NCBI GenBank assembly: GCA_000435475.1
Contig: FR896039.1
Coordinates: 3,637-58,356, forward strand
Reading direction: 5' to 3'
Origin: Cryptobacterium sp. CAG:338
GTDB taxonomy: Bacteria; Actinomycetota; Coriobacteriia; Coriobacteriales; Eggerthellaceae
Length of the DNA: 54,720 nt
This document shows, piece by piece, positions 1 to 8,431 of the stretch (its first letter is position 1; the number at the start of each line of letters is the position of its first letter). Below the pieces are notes generated by a model. That model searched no databases and was not told the origin of the DNA. It saw nothing but the letters and a program-made list of their open reading frames with translations. Both the position numbers and the translations under genes were made by a program.

Positions 1-44
1 CAGCGATACCATCGCCGCCGTTTGCTTTGACAAAGGGATGTTTT

Positions 45-761
45 CTACAGGCCAAGCGCTTTCTTTAAAGAAGAAACGCGACGACGTGATACCGGAATCT
101 TTTCCTCTACCCCATCAAGAGTAAGAAGAAGGGTTCCGCCCGACTGTGGTTCAACCTCTTTAACCAAGGCAAGATTAACCAAATAACCACGATGCACACG
201 GAAGAAACCATGACCATCGAGAGTTTTCTCCAGATGAGCCAGACTTACCGTAGAGAAGAAACGATCAGTACCTGTCTGGAGGTAGGCATAGTCATCACGG
301 GCCATAACGTAACGAATATCATCAATATTGATGAGAATCTTTTTTCCGCCTTTTTCTACCGGAATTCGTTCGGCTTTTTGAGCCTTTGCATGCAATACCA
401 CATGTTCACGAACGCGAGCTAGCGCTTGCGCAAGACGTTCTGTTTCAACAGGCTTTACCAAATAGTCAATAGCATTAACCTTGAAGGCATCGAGCGCAAA
501 TTCGCTATAAGCGGTAACAAATACAACTGCAGGAGGATATTTCAAATGCTGAAGCGCTTCAGCTAACTGAATACCCGTTGCTTCGGGCATGTTAATGTCG
601 AGGAACATCACATCGCAAGGATATTCCTTTAACTTCTCAATAGCCTCACGGACACTGGCAGCTTCTGCTACTACTTCAGTTTGATTTAGTTCGCCCAGCA
701 AAAAACGCAGTTCGGAACGCGCAGGTGCTTCGTCGTCGACAATGATCGCCTTCAGCAACAT
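45..761 (-). CDS. LytTR-family two-component response regulator
   Basis: Receiver domain (IIVDDE, FLDINMP, FVTAY, YLVKP) plus LytTR domain (FFRVHRGYLVN, IPVSRRR); GAGGAGG SD upstream. Confidence 0.95.
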   Translation of the reverse strand: MLLKAIIVDDEAPARSELRFLLGELNQTEVVAEAASVREAIEKLKEYPCDVMFLDINMPEATGIQLAEALQHLKYPPAVVFVTAYSEFALDAFKVNAIDYLVKPVETERLAQALARVREHVVLHAKAQKAERIPVEKGGKKILINIDDIRYVMARDDYAYLQTGTDRFFSTVSLAHLEKTLDGHGFFRVHRGYLVNLALVKEVEPQSGGTLLLTLDGVEEKIPVSRRRVSSLKKALGL

Positions 762-916
762 AGCCTCCTCGTCTCATAATTAGGAATCAGACGTTATTAT
801 AGACTACTTCTTATAGGTAAGACCATTTTTGTTATATTCGAATATGATTGCTGTTCGCTATCATTTATAAAAAGTCCAAATCCTCTTAGGACTCGCCTTA
901 AAGCGTTCAGACTCGC

Positions 917-2203
917 TTATACGTGTGCGCAATCATAAAGATAAAGGGTAACGCTGGTGCCTACCCCCAGTTCACTTTCGATTTTCATATATGCTTCTTC
1001 GCCGTAGTAACCACGCAGACGATCGTTGACGTTTTTGACCGCAATTCCTAAGCCAGTTTGCGACTGAGGATTCATGATGGTTCGAACTGCCTCTTCGCTC
1101 ATACCAATACCGTCATCAGAAACATGCAGATAGACATCATCGCCATCCATTTCACCTGCAATACGAATGGTCAGCTTCCCTTCAGCCGGCATTGCATGCT
1201 TGACTGAGTTTTCTACGAGTGGCTGCACCATAAAAGCAGGAACCAACATCGCACGAACGTCTTCGTCAACGTCTACCTCTACTGCCAGGCGATCTTCTCC
1301 GAATCGAGCCTGCTCCAAAGACAGATAGCGAACCGTTTGTTCAATTTCACGAGAAAGTGGAATAAGGTCAGAACTGTTCTCAAGCGTCTGACGATAAAAG
1401 ACCGCAAATTCCCTCAGCATAATACGCGCTTTATCGGGATCAGTGCGCACTAAAGATGCCATGGTGTTAATAATGTTGAATAGGAAGTGAGGGTTAATTT
1501 GACTCTGCAGAGCCTTTAGCTCCATGCTCGTTGCAAGCTTCTTCTGTTCCTCAAGTTCCATCGCGGCAATCTGCGTTGATAAAAGTTGACCGAATCCTTC
1601 AGCGATAGAAATTTGAGTTTCAGTGATTCGAGACGGTTTCGGGTAGTAGAACTTCAACGTACCCTGAATGGTTTTTCCCACTTTAAGAGGAACAATGATA
1701 CCCGCTTGTATGTTGCGGATATGAACAGGGAATCCCGCTTCTGCCTGTGTTTTGAAGACACGCGTTTTTCCGTCCTGAATAGTACGTTTGGTTCCTTCAG
1801 TGTGGATGTTTCCTCCTGCGCGGCCCAATTCTTCTGATCCAGCACCATGGTAGCCAAGAACCACTTCTCTATCGGTAATCGCAACCGCCGAAGCTGAAAT
1901 GGCAGGCAAAAGAACCTCGCACACACGCTGCGCACTTTCTTCATTAAAGCCACCCTGCATTGCTGCCAGAGTATCACTTGCTAAATGAAGCACTGAGTCG
2001 GACTGACTTGCGCGAATACGATCAGGATCTAGCATGAGTGCAATAGTGATGAGCAAAAAGATAGTAAAAAGCGCGCCTGAGACAACTAAAACCGTATAGT
2101 TGTTTGCGCCGCTAAACATTGCCCAACCCAAAACGCAACCGCAGATCAAAGCAAGGCACAAAAAAAGAATCTCTAGGAAAATATATAAGTTATGACGAAA
2201 CAT
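917..2203 (-). CDS. LytS/YehU-family sensor histidine kinase
   Basis: Two N-terminal TM helices, GAF-like region, ALQSQINPHFLFN H-box, QPLVENSVKH N-box, DDGIG and GLGIAVKNVNDRL. Confidence 0.95.
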   Translation of the reverse strand: MFRHNLYIFLEILFLCLALICGCVLGWAMFSGANNYTVLVVSGALFTIFLLITIALMLDPDRIRASQSDSVLHLASDTLAAMQGGFNEESAQRVCEVLLPAISASAVAITDREVVLGYHGAGSEELGRAGGNIHTEGTKRTIQDGKTRVFKTQAEAGFPVHIRNIQAGIIVPLKVGKTIQGTLKFYYPKPSRITETQISIAEGFGQLLSTQIAAMELEEQKKLATSMELKALQSQINPHFLFNIINTMASLVRTDPDKARIMLREFAVFYRQTLENSSDLIPLSREIEQTVRYLSLEQARFGEDRLAVEVDVDEDVRAMLVPAFMVQPLVENSVKHAMPAEGKLTIRIAGEMDGDDVYLHVSDDGIGMSEEAVRTIMNPQSQTGLGIAVKNVNDRLRGYYGEEAYMKIESELGVGTSVTLYLYDCAHV

Positions 2204-2217
2204 AGCGGTTTCCTTTT

Positions 2218-3180
2218 TTATACAAACAGTGGTAACAGTTCATTGAACAGCAAAACCACTGCGGAAATCAAGAGAAATGCACCAAAAACGAAACGTAGTT
2301 TGCGTTCTGGCACTTTTCGAATCAAACTTGCACCAATTACTGCACCAGGAATGCTTCCTACCGCCATAGCAATACCAGCTATATAGTCAATATGTCCCAA
2401 TAATCCCTGCTCAACAACACCAGGAATTGCAAGAATGGTTACTGCAACAAGCGAAGTTCCTGAAGCTTGGCGCATCATGATACCTAAAAGCGAAATGAAA
2501 AGCGGCACCATAATAAAGCCGCCACCGACTCCTACATACCCAGATGCAAGACCCGCAATCAGTCCAATCAGTAAACAGAGTGCTACTTTTTTTACCGAAA
2601 GCTTGAAGGTTTCTTCCTTAGGAGCAGATGCAGTCTTTGTTGTGTTGGCTGCAGCTTTGGTGGTGCCTGTCTGTCCCTCGTCTTGTACAGCCGCAGCTTG
2701 TGCCGCCTGTGCTGCCTGAGCTTGTGCAGCTTGAGCTGCTCGCGCCGCTTTTTCTGCCTCTTTTTCTAAATCTTTGCCCGTTACTGCCGATTCACCCTGA
2801 GGTGCAATTTTCGGCATGCGAATTGCCTTGCGGAACATGGAATACGATGAATACCCGATGATGGCAGCTGCGGCAAACATAATCGCCCACGAAGGAGAAA
2901 TGGAGGCAAGATACACACCGAGAGGACTCGTGCAAGCTCCCCCTAAACCGCATAAAACACCCACTTTGGGAATGCACGTTTTATTTTTAACGTGCGTAAT
3001 TAAACCCGCCAGAGAAGTGGGAATGATAGTAAAAAGAGATGTCGCTGTAGAGGAAATGGCACTCATACCAAATCCTAAGCGAAAAATAGGGACCATCAAG
3101 GTACCGCCACCGATACCCAACAGTCCCGAAAAGATGCCAATAATCACACCAATGATTGCGGCTATGATAAATGTTTCCAT
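2218..3180 (-). CDS. TauE/SafE (TSUP) family membrane exporter
   Basis: Duplicated SG-x-x-G-(I/V)-GGG-x-x-MVP motif, about 8 TM helices, Ala/Gln-rich central linker. Confidence 0.9.
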   Translation of the reverse strand: METFIIAAIIGVIIGIFSGLLGIGGGTLMVPIFRLGFGMSAISSTATSLFTIIPTSLAGLITHVKNKTCIPKVGVLCGLGGACTSPLGVYLASISPSWAIMFAAAAIIGYSSYSMFRKAIRMPKIAPQGESAVTGKDLEKEAEKAARAAQAAQAQAAQAAQAAAVQDEGQTGTTKAAANTTKTASAPKEETFKLSVKKVALCLLIGLIAGLASGYVGVGGGFIMVPLFISLLGIMMRQASGTSLVAVTILAIPGVVEQGLLGHIDYIAGIAMAVGSIPGAVIGASLIRKVPERKLRFVFGAFLLISAVVLLFNELLPLFV

Positions 3181-3195
3181 GTACTGTGCGCCACG

Positions 3196-4530
3196 CTATT
3201 CTTCGTCACTCAAATTCAGATGAATTTCGCTTGTCATACCTGGATCGAGATTTGCTTTTGCGACCTCTGCTTCAACTTCTTCGACAGGATCATTAGCCAT
3301 TGAAGTTGCTTCAGCAACCACAATATCCTCGCCCGCTTGACGCGCCATTGCGGCATGAACCAAGGCTTGGCGAAGACCCGCATCACTTTCCATGCGCAAC
3401 ATGATATCGCCCCAAGTGTATTGGAACTCAAAATATTTCATACAATTAACTTGTGCGTAGTCAGTTGCTTCTCTTGTCGCCGCTCGCGCACCTTCTCGAT
3501 ACGCTTTTTTGTCGGGGCGAACAAGAGATCGCAAGAAAGCAGTGCGCTTTATTCGCTTAGTGATACCTGGTTCAAGGAATGGCCCCGGATAAGGCATGAG
3601 CGAAGAAGGCTTTATTTGCAGCAAGTCAATCTGCGCACGACTAAATTCGATTTTGTAATACTCATAAATCCAACGGAATATATCGCGATAGAAACGATGA
3701 CCTTCATTTCTGTCCTTGGGAGGCAGATGGGTCAAAGACCATTGATTATCAAACCAAATATCTGAACCATACATACGCAAGCTCAAAAGATAGTCCATGT
3801 CTTCGCCACGCATAATCCAAGGATCGAAACTCAAGCGACGATAGGTTTCGCGATGAAGCGCCAAACATCCTCCACAAACATGATTTGAACGAGAAAGTCG
3901 CGGACCTGCCATAGCTTTTGTTATCCAGTTATTAAACGCACGCCCCTGCTGCCAGAAATGGTTGTACCAGCGATTTTGGCTTTTTGAATAATACGTGCCT
4001 TCATCATTGAAATAGAAGCCTGATTTGGCCAAGATTGGAATGCCTTTCTTAGTAAGCTTTCCTAAGCCATACATCGCTTTCTCAAGAAACTCTTCATCCT
4101 CAACCACTTCATCGTCATCGAGAAATACAACTGAATCAAAGCCTAAAATCTGGGCAACTACCAGCCCAAGATTTCGAATAGCAGAATACCCCGTCAAGCC
4201 AATGCAATCGCTCTGGTTGCCAAATCCTAGCTGCTCAAATCGTTGCTGAATAATGCTCTCTTCTTCCTGGGCAATGATGAGCGTGTGCATCTGGGGAAAT
4301 TTATCGGTGATAGCTTTAACTTTAGCTGCCGCTTCTTTCTCTACACCACCCTCGACAGCAACCAGAATAATAACCTGACCAAGTCCTCTTACTTTTTGCA
4401 GCGAAGCAAGGCAGCGCTCAAGCGTACCTTTAGAGTTGAGCGGTGTAGGATGATCATACAAACTCGAAGGCGCCCCACGTCTCTTCATGGGTGACGTATA
4501 GAAAGCAGGAATAATAACTGCTGGATTCAT
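3196..4530 (-). CDS. GT2-like (GT-A fold) glycosyltransferase
   Basis: AVIIP start, IRNLG, VFLDDDE (DxD), GGCLAL and RGEDMDY motifs. Confidence 0.8.
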   Translation of the reverse strand: MNPAVIIPAFYTSPMKRRGAPSSLYDHPTPLNSKGTLERCLASLQKVRGLGQVIILVAVEGGVEKEAAAKVKAITDKFPQMHTLIIAQEEESIIQQRFEQLGFGNQSDCIGLTGYSAIRNLGLVVAQILGFDSVVFLDDDEVVEDEEFLEKAMYGLGKLTKKGIPILAKSGFYFNDEGTYYSKSQNRWYNHFWQQGRAFNNWITKAMAGPRLSRSNHVCGGCLALHRETYRRLSFDPWIMRGEDMDYLLSLRMYGSDIWFDNQWSLTHLPPKDRNEGHRFYRDIFRWIYEYYKIEFSRAQIDLLQIKPSSLMPYPGPFLEPGITKRIKRTAFLRSLVRPDKKAYREGARAATREATDYAQVNCMKYFEFQYTWGDIMLRMESDAGLRQALVHAAMARQAGEDIVVAEATSMANDPVEEVEAEVAKANLDPGMTSEIHLNLSDEE

Positions 4531-4694
4531 GGTATCCCCTTAGTTGTTGTCTAGGAATCAAACGGTCTCAAAAAATGTAACCTAAAGACCCCTGTGCTTT
4601 TCATGTCTCATTGTACCCCAAGCAGAACTTACCGCTAAAAGAGCCCACACGTTTGAGTGTTAAATTGCCAAAGAAGCATAAACGTTTCACGCTT

Positions 4695-5684
4695 TTAGCG
4701 TCGATGCCTTGGATGACCTCGTCTTGTCTTGATACGTTGAGCTTCTTCGCGACGGACTTTTACCTGTTCGCTTTCTTCCCTCAAACGCACATACGATTCA
4801 AGACGATCGGAAGAAAGTTCCCCTTCCTTAACCGCCCGCTTTACCGCACAGCCTGGTTCATTGGTATGCGTACAATCGCGAAAACGACACTTCTGAGCCA
4901 GATCTTCAATATCGGAAAACGTTGCTCCTATGCCTTCATCAGCATCCCACAGTCCCAGACCGCGCACTCCCGGCATATCAATCACACTTCCTCCTTGAGG
5001 AAGCTCTATGATTTCACGTGAAACAGTAGTATGGCGACCTTTTCCATCTTGCCGTACCGGCGTGGTAGATTGGATGTTCTCACCAACCAGCATATTGACC
5101 AAGCTTGATTTACCCACTCCCGAACGCCCCAACAGAACTGCCATTTTATTGTCTTTGGCAATTAGGTCCGCTAAAGCTTCGATGCTTTCGGGGTCTTTTT
5201 CAGAGACGACAAGCACGCGATCGTTTCCGATAAATCCATCAATACGTGCACGCACTGCTTCTACCTCTTCAGGGTTTGCTACCAGATCTGCCTTTGTAAG
5301 AACAACGACGACTTCCACCCCTGTTTCATGCGCCAACACCAATTCTCTCTCAAGACGACGCACGTTTACTTCTTCTAGAGGTTGAGCCACAAGCACCAAA
5401 TCAAAATTTGCAGCCAAAGTTTGAGGGAGAGCTCGTTCGGTAGGATCTTTACGCACAAAGCGAGAAGTGCGCGGAAGCGTTTCTTCTATGATGCCTTTAT
5501 CGTGACCATCGGGAAAAAGAACTACTACAAAGTCTCCGATTACCGCACGCTGATCGCTTCCTTTTACTAGAGCAATAGCATGCTCACAACGTACCTCTTC
5601 ACCCGACTCAAGACGAACTAAGGGAAACCCCCTATCGAGTTTGACCACTCTACCCACTTGTTTTTGCGTGGAGTCCTTTGTCAC
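4695..5684 (-). CDS. rsgA: Ribosome small subunit-dependent GTPase A
   Basis: Circularly permuted GTPase TKAD...GRSGVGKSS...GRHTT...DMPG plus CRFRDCTHTNEPGC Zn finger. Confidence 0.96.
   Translation of the reverse strand: MTKDSTQKQVGRVVKLDRGFPLVRLESGEEVRCEHAIALVKGSDQRAVIGDFVVVLFPDGHDKGIIEETLPRTSRFVRKDPTERALPQTLAANFDLVLVAQPLEEVNVRRLERELVLAHETGVEVVVVLTKADLVANPEEVEAVRARIDGFIGNDRVLVVSEKDPESIEALADLIAKDNKMAVLLGRSGVGKSSLVNMLVGENIQSTTPVRQDGKGRHTTVSREIIELPQGGSVIDMPGVRGLGLWDADEGIGATFSDIEDLAQKCRFRDCTHTNEPGCAVKRAVKEGELSSDRLESYVRLREESEQVKVRREEAQRIKTRRGHPRHRR
5010..5025. promoter_or_regulatory. parS-like site inside rsgA
   Basis: GATTTCACGTGAAACA, 14/16 match to TGTTTCACGTGAAACA; coding constraint could also explain it. 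Confidence 0.4.
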
Positions 5685-5686
5685 GG

Positions 5687-6478
5687 CTATAGCATCCTTT
5701 CACGCTTAATGTAGTACGCAGCCATAAGTGCTACACCGATCACGCAAGCAACTATCGCAAGACCAAAGGTGCGCATATTGGGAGCAGGATTTTGCTCGTA
5801 TCCTTCTTGGAGAGCGGATACCTCTTCAGCGTGAATATCCGACATACCCTGATGCTCGCTACACTCCAAATGATACGTCCCACGAACCTGCAACTGCGTA
5901 CCAACTTTGCCATATTGGCCATACGTATCAATAACCGAAGATTGATCTTTTGTCATAAAAACTGCAACTACACTTGGGTTTTCTTCGTCATCCTGCAAGG
6001 TAATCCAGCAGGTATCTTCACGAAATTCATCGTTTACTCGATCGCCTACCACTTCGCCTTTTACCAAGACGGTCAATCCTTCGTAGTAGGAGTCGGCTTC
6101 CGCTAAATCAGCAATAGCAGTTTCGTATAAAAATGAACTGTCAGAAAGCTGATTGACATACACCTTATTATTAGGATCTTCTGTTTCACTTTGATCCTGT
6201 GAAGATGCCTGGCTATTGTCCTGGTTCTCATTACCCTCAGCCTGCGAGGTTTCTTGCGCATCTTGAGATTCATCGCCCCATGCAACAAAGGGTGCTCCTT
6301 GCAAACACAAAACAAGCGAAATACTTAGCAAAACGCAAAGAAGAAACTTCGAACAGAAGGGCGGAAAGGCTTTATCTTGAGAAACTTCACAGGTGTTTGT
6401 TTTTGCGCTCTTCTTAGACAAAGCTGTTCGAGCACCTTTGTTTTGATTTTTTCGGAAAGAGGGAAGGGATAATCGCAT
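5687..6478 (-). CDS. Exported, C-terminally anchored protein with putative OB-fold; start uncertain
   Basis: Hydrophobic signal ending AWG, acidic linker, VLVKGEVVGD...LQVRGTYH OB-like strands, C-terminal TM with basic tail. Confidence 0.7.
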   Translation of the reverse strand: MRLSLPSFRKNQNKGARTALSKKSAKTNTCEVSQDKAFPPFCSKFLLCVLLSISLVLCLQGAPFVAWGDESQDAQETSQAEGNENQDNSQASSQDQSETEDPNNKVYVNQLSDSSFLYETAIADLAEADSYYEGLTVLVKGEVVGDRVNDEFREDTCWITLQDDEENPSVVAVFMTKDQSSVIDTYGQYGKVGTQLQVRGTYHLECSEHQGMSDIHAEEVSALQEGYEQNPAPNMRTFGLAIVACVIGVALMAAYYIKRERML

Positions 6479-6480
6479 GT

Positions 6481-8001
6481 CTAATCCCTCAACTTTCTTT
6501 TCGCGAGAGCGCTCAAGGAAACCACTACCTTAACGATAAGCGCAATCAAGGTAATAAACTCGAGACGTCCTGCCCACATTTCCAGAATATAAACGCCCTC
6601 TAATACGGGAGGCATACCATGTGCAATAATTCCTGAACTCAATCCGCCATTGGAAGCCATAGAGACCGATTCAAAAATTGCATCAAGCGCATCATAGCCG
6701 TGAGCAATACCGACAAGCGATCCCGCTAAATAGGTAAATACAAACAGCGCAGAAACCGTTAGAGCAGCTTTGGCGACTTCAGTGGTAAGCACCTTTTTCC
6801 CAAGATGGTAATACCGCACCGAAACACGTGCCGTTCCAGGAGAAAGAGTTTCTTTAATGGTTGAAACCATTGACTTTGCAATTAAGCCTAGACGAGAGAG
6901 CTTCATACCACCTGAGGTACTTCCGCTTGAGCCACCAACTGCCATCAAAATTGCAACGACCAAAAATGCTCCGGAAGAAAAAACGGTAGTCATTTGATTA
7001 TTGGTAACCGTCTGAAAGCCAGTTGTTGTTGACGCTGATACCACCATAAACACACCGCGACGTAAAAGCGCCATAATATCTGAAAAGCCACCCGAGGCAC
7101 AGAGGGAAAGCATCAATACTACGGTACCGATCGTCATCCATAAAACGCCAGTACGGATTTCATAATCTTTGAAAAAAGATATCGTCTCTCCTTGGCGAAT
7201 TTTTACAAACAGAGCAAAGTTGACGGCACCTAAAAGCATGAGCAAGATACAGACCACCTCAAAAGCAAAGGAATGGTAATACATTACCGATTGAGAGGTG
7301 GGAGAAAATCCAGCAGTCGTAAAGCCAGAAACAGCCATCCATAAAGCGTTCAAAAAACCACGCAGAGGATCAAAGCCGCCCAGCATACAGAAAACAAAAA
7401 GCACTATGGTGGCAACTCCAATAACCCCGAGGGAGATTTGACTGATTAGACGTACGGTATTAACGATATTGGGGAGTACATGTTCACTTCTCCCCTCAGA
7501 AGAATACAAGCCCGAAGTTGCCTTACCAAAAATTCCCAAAGTCAAAGCGATAACAATAAGACCCAAACCGCCAATAAGATGCATGGTAAAACGCCACATA
7601 TTATCAGCATAGGAAATATGCTCAAGATCGATAACGAGCGATGCACCAGTGGTAGTCAGTCCCGAAGTAGCCTCAAACAAGGCATCCAGATAAGAACCGT
7701 AATGGCCCGACATCGCAAGGGGAACTGCCGCCACAAAGGCCAACACGATCCATGACAAACCGGTGACCGCAAGTGCTTGTTGATGAGTAAGGCGACCAGG
7801 CTGAATGCGCATAAAGCGCAGAGCAGATCCAACAATAAGTGAAACGCCAATAGCAAGCAAATACCGACAGGCAGGTTCCCATTCCTGGCAAACCACCGCA
7901 ACCACAAGGGGTACCGCTAAAGCAATAGAAAAAAACGAAATAAGAACGCCTAAATAATGTCCAATTACTCGTACATCGTACCAGGTAAACCGCTGCCACA
8001 T
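6481..8001 (-). CDS. trkH: Trk-type K+ uptake membrane subunit
   Basis: Four pore-loop motifs (SGLTTTG, SGFTTAG, SASTTTG, SMASNGG), GSTSGGMK, MWAGRLE. Confidence 0.93.
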   Translation of the reverse strand: MWQRFTWYDVRVIGHYLGVLISFFSIALAVPLVVAVVCQEWEPACRYLLAIGVSLIVGSALRFMRIQPGRLTHQQALAVTGLSWIVLAFVAAVPLAMSGHYGSYLDALFEATSGLTTTGASLVIDLEHISYADNMWRFTMHLIGGLGLIVIALTLGIFGKATSGLYSSEGRSEHVLPNIVNTVRLISQISLGVIGVATIVLFVFCMLGGFDPLRGFLNALWMAVSGFTTAGFSPTSQSVMYYHSFAFEVVCILLMLLGAVNFALFVKIRQGETISFFKDYEIRTGVLWMTIGTVVLMLSLCASGGFSDIMALLRRGVFMVVSASTTTGFQTVTNNQMTTVFSSGAFLVVAILMAVGGSSGSTSGGMKLSRLGLIAKSMVSTIKETLSPGTARVSVRYYHLGKKVLTTEVAKAALTVSALFVFTYLAGSLVGIAHGYDALDAIFESVSMASNGGLSSGIIAHGMPPVLEGVYILEMWAGRLEFITLIALIVKVVVSLSALAKRKLRD

Positions 8002-8012
8002 ACGTTTGACAC

Positions 8013-8171
8013 CTACCCGAATACGAACAGAAAACGAATGGCTATAGTGATCAAATACAATACGACAAGAAAAGCGAGCAAGCTTACCAAAACCGCACTA
8101 AAACCTAATACGGGAACAAGTAAGCGTTCCTTCTTCTCAACTTTTATCATATTTCGTTCGATCTTTTTCAT
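8013..8171 (-). CDS. Putative 52-aa single-pass membrane protein, possibly leaderless
   Basis: MKKIERNMIKVEKKERLLVPVLGFSAVLVSLLAFLVVLYLITIAIRFLFVFG; TAGAAT 7 nt before the ATG; stop 11 nt before trkH. Confidence 0.5.
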   Translation of the reverse strand: MKKIERNMIKVEKKERLLVPVLGFSAVLVSLLAFLVVLYLITIAIRFLFVFG

Positions 8172-8431
8172 GGAGGCTATTCTAATACAACAACGAAAAA
8201 GAGGGCTATTTACACAAAAGCGGCGGCACAGCATGGACATTCGCCCACGCTATACCACCGCTCATCATGTAATTTATCTGACGCATCGAAATCAATTCGT
8301 CTGACTTCTTGATTGTCAATTCGCAAGACCTGTCGACTACTACATCGCTTTTACAGCCCCTACTTACGTCTGGGTACAAGACACCCTCGCAAGCAGGCCT
8401 CTCTTTAGAAGAAGAGAATGAAGCGCTGCTT

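Noticed and set aside
2690..2750. AQAAQ repeats in tauE as a phase-variable tandem repeat
   Set aside because: The DNA repeats are degenerate and in frame, consistent with an ordinary flexible linker
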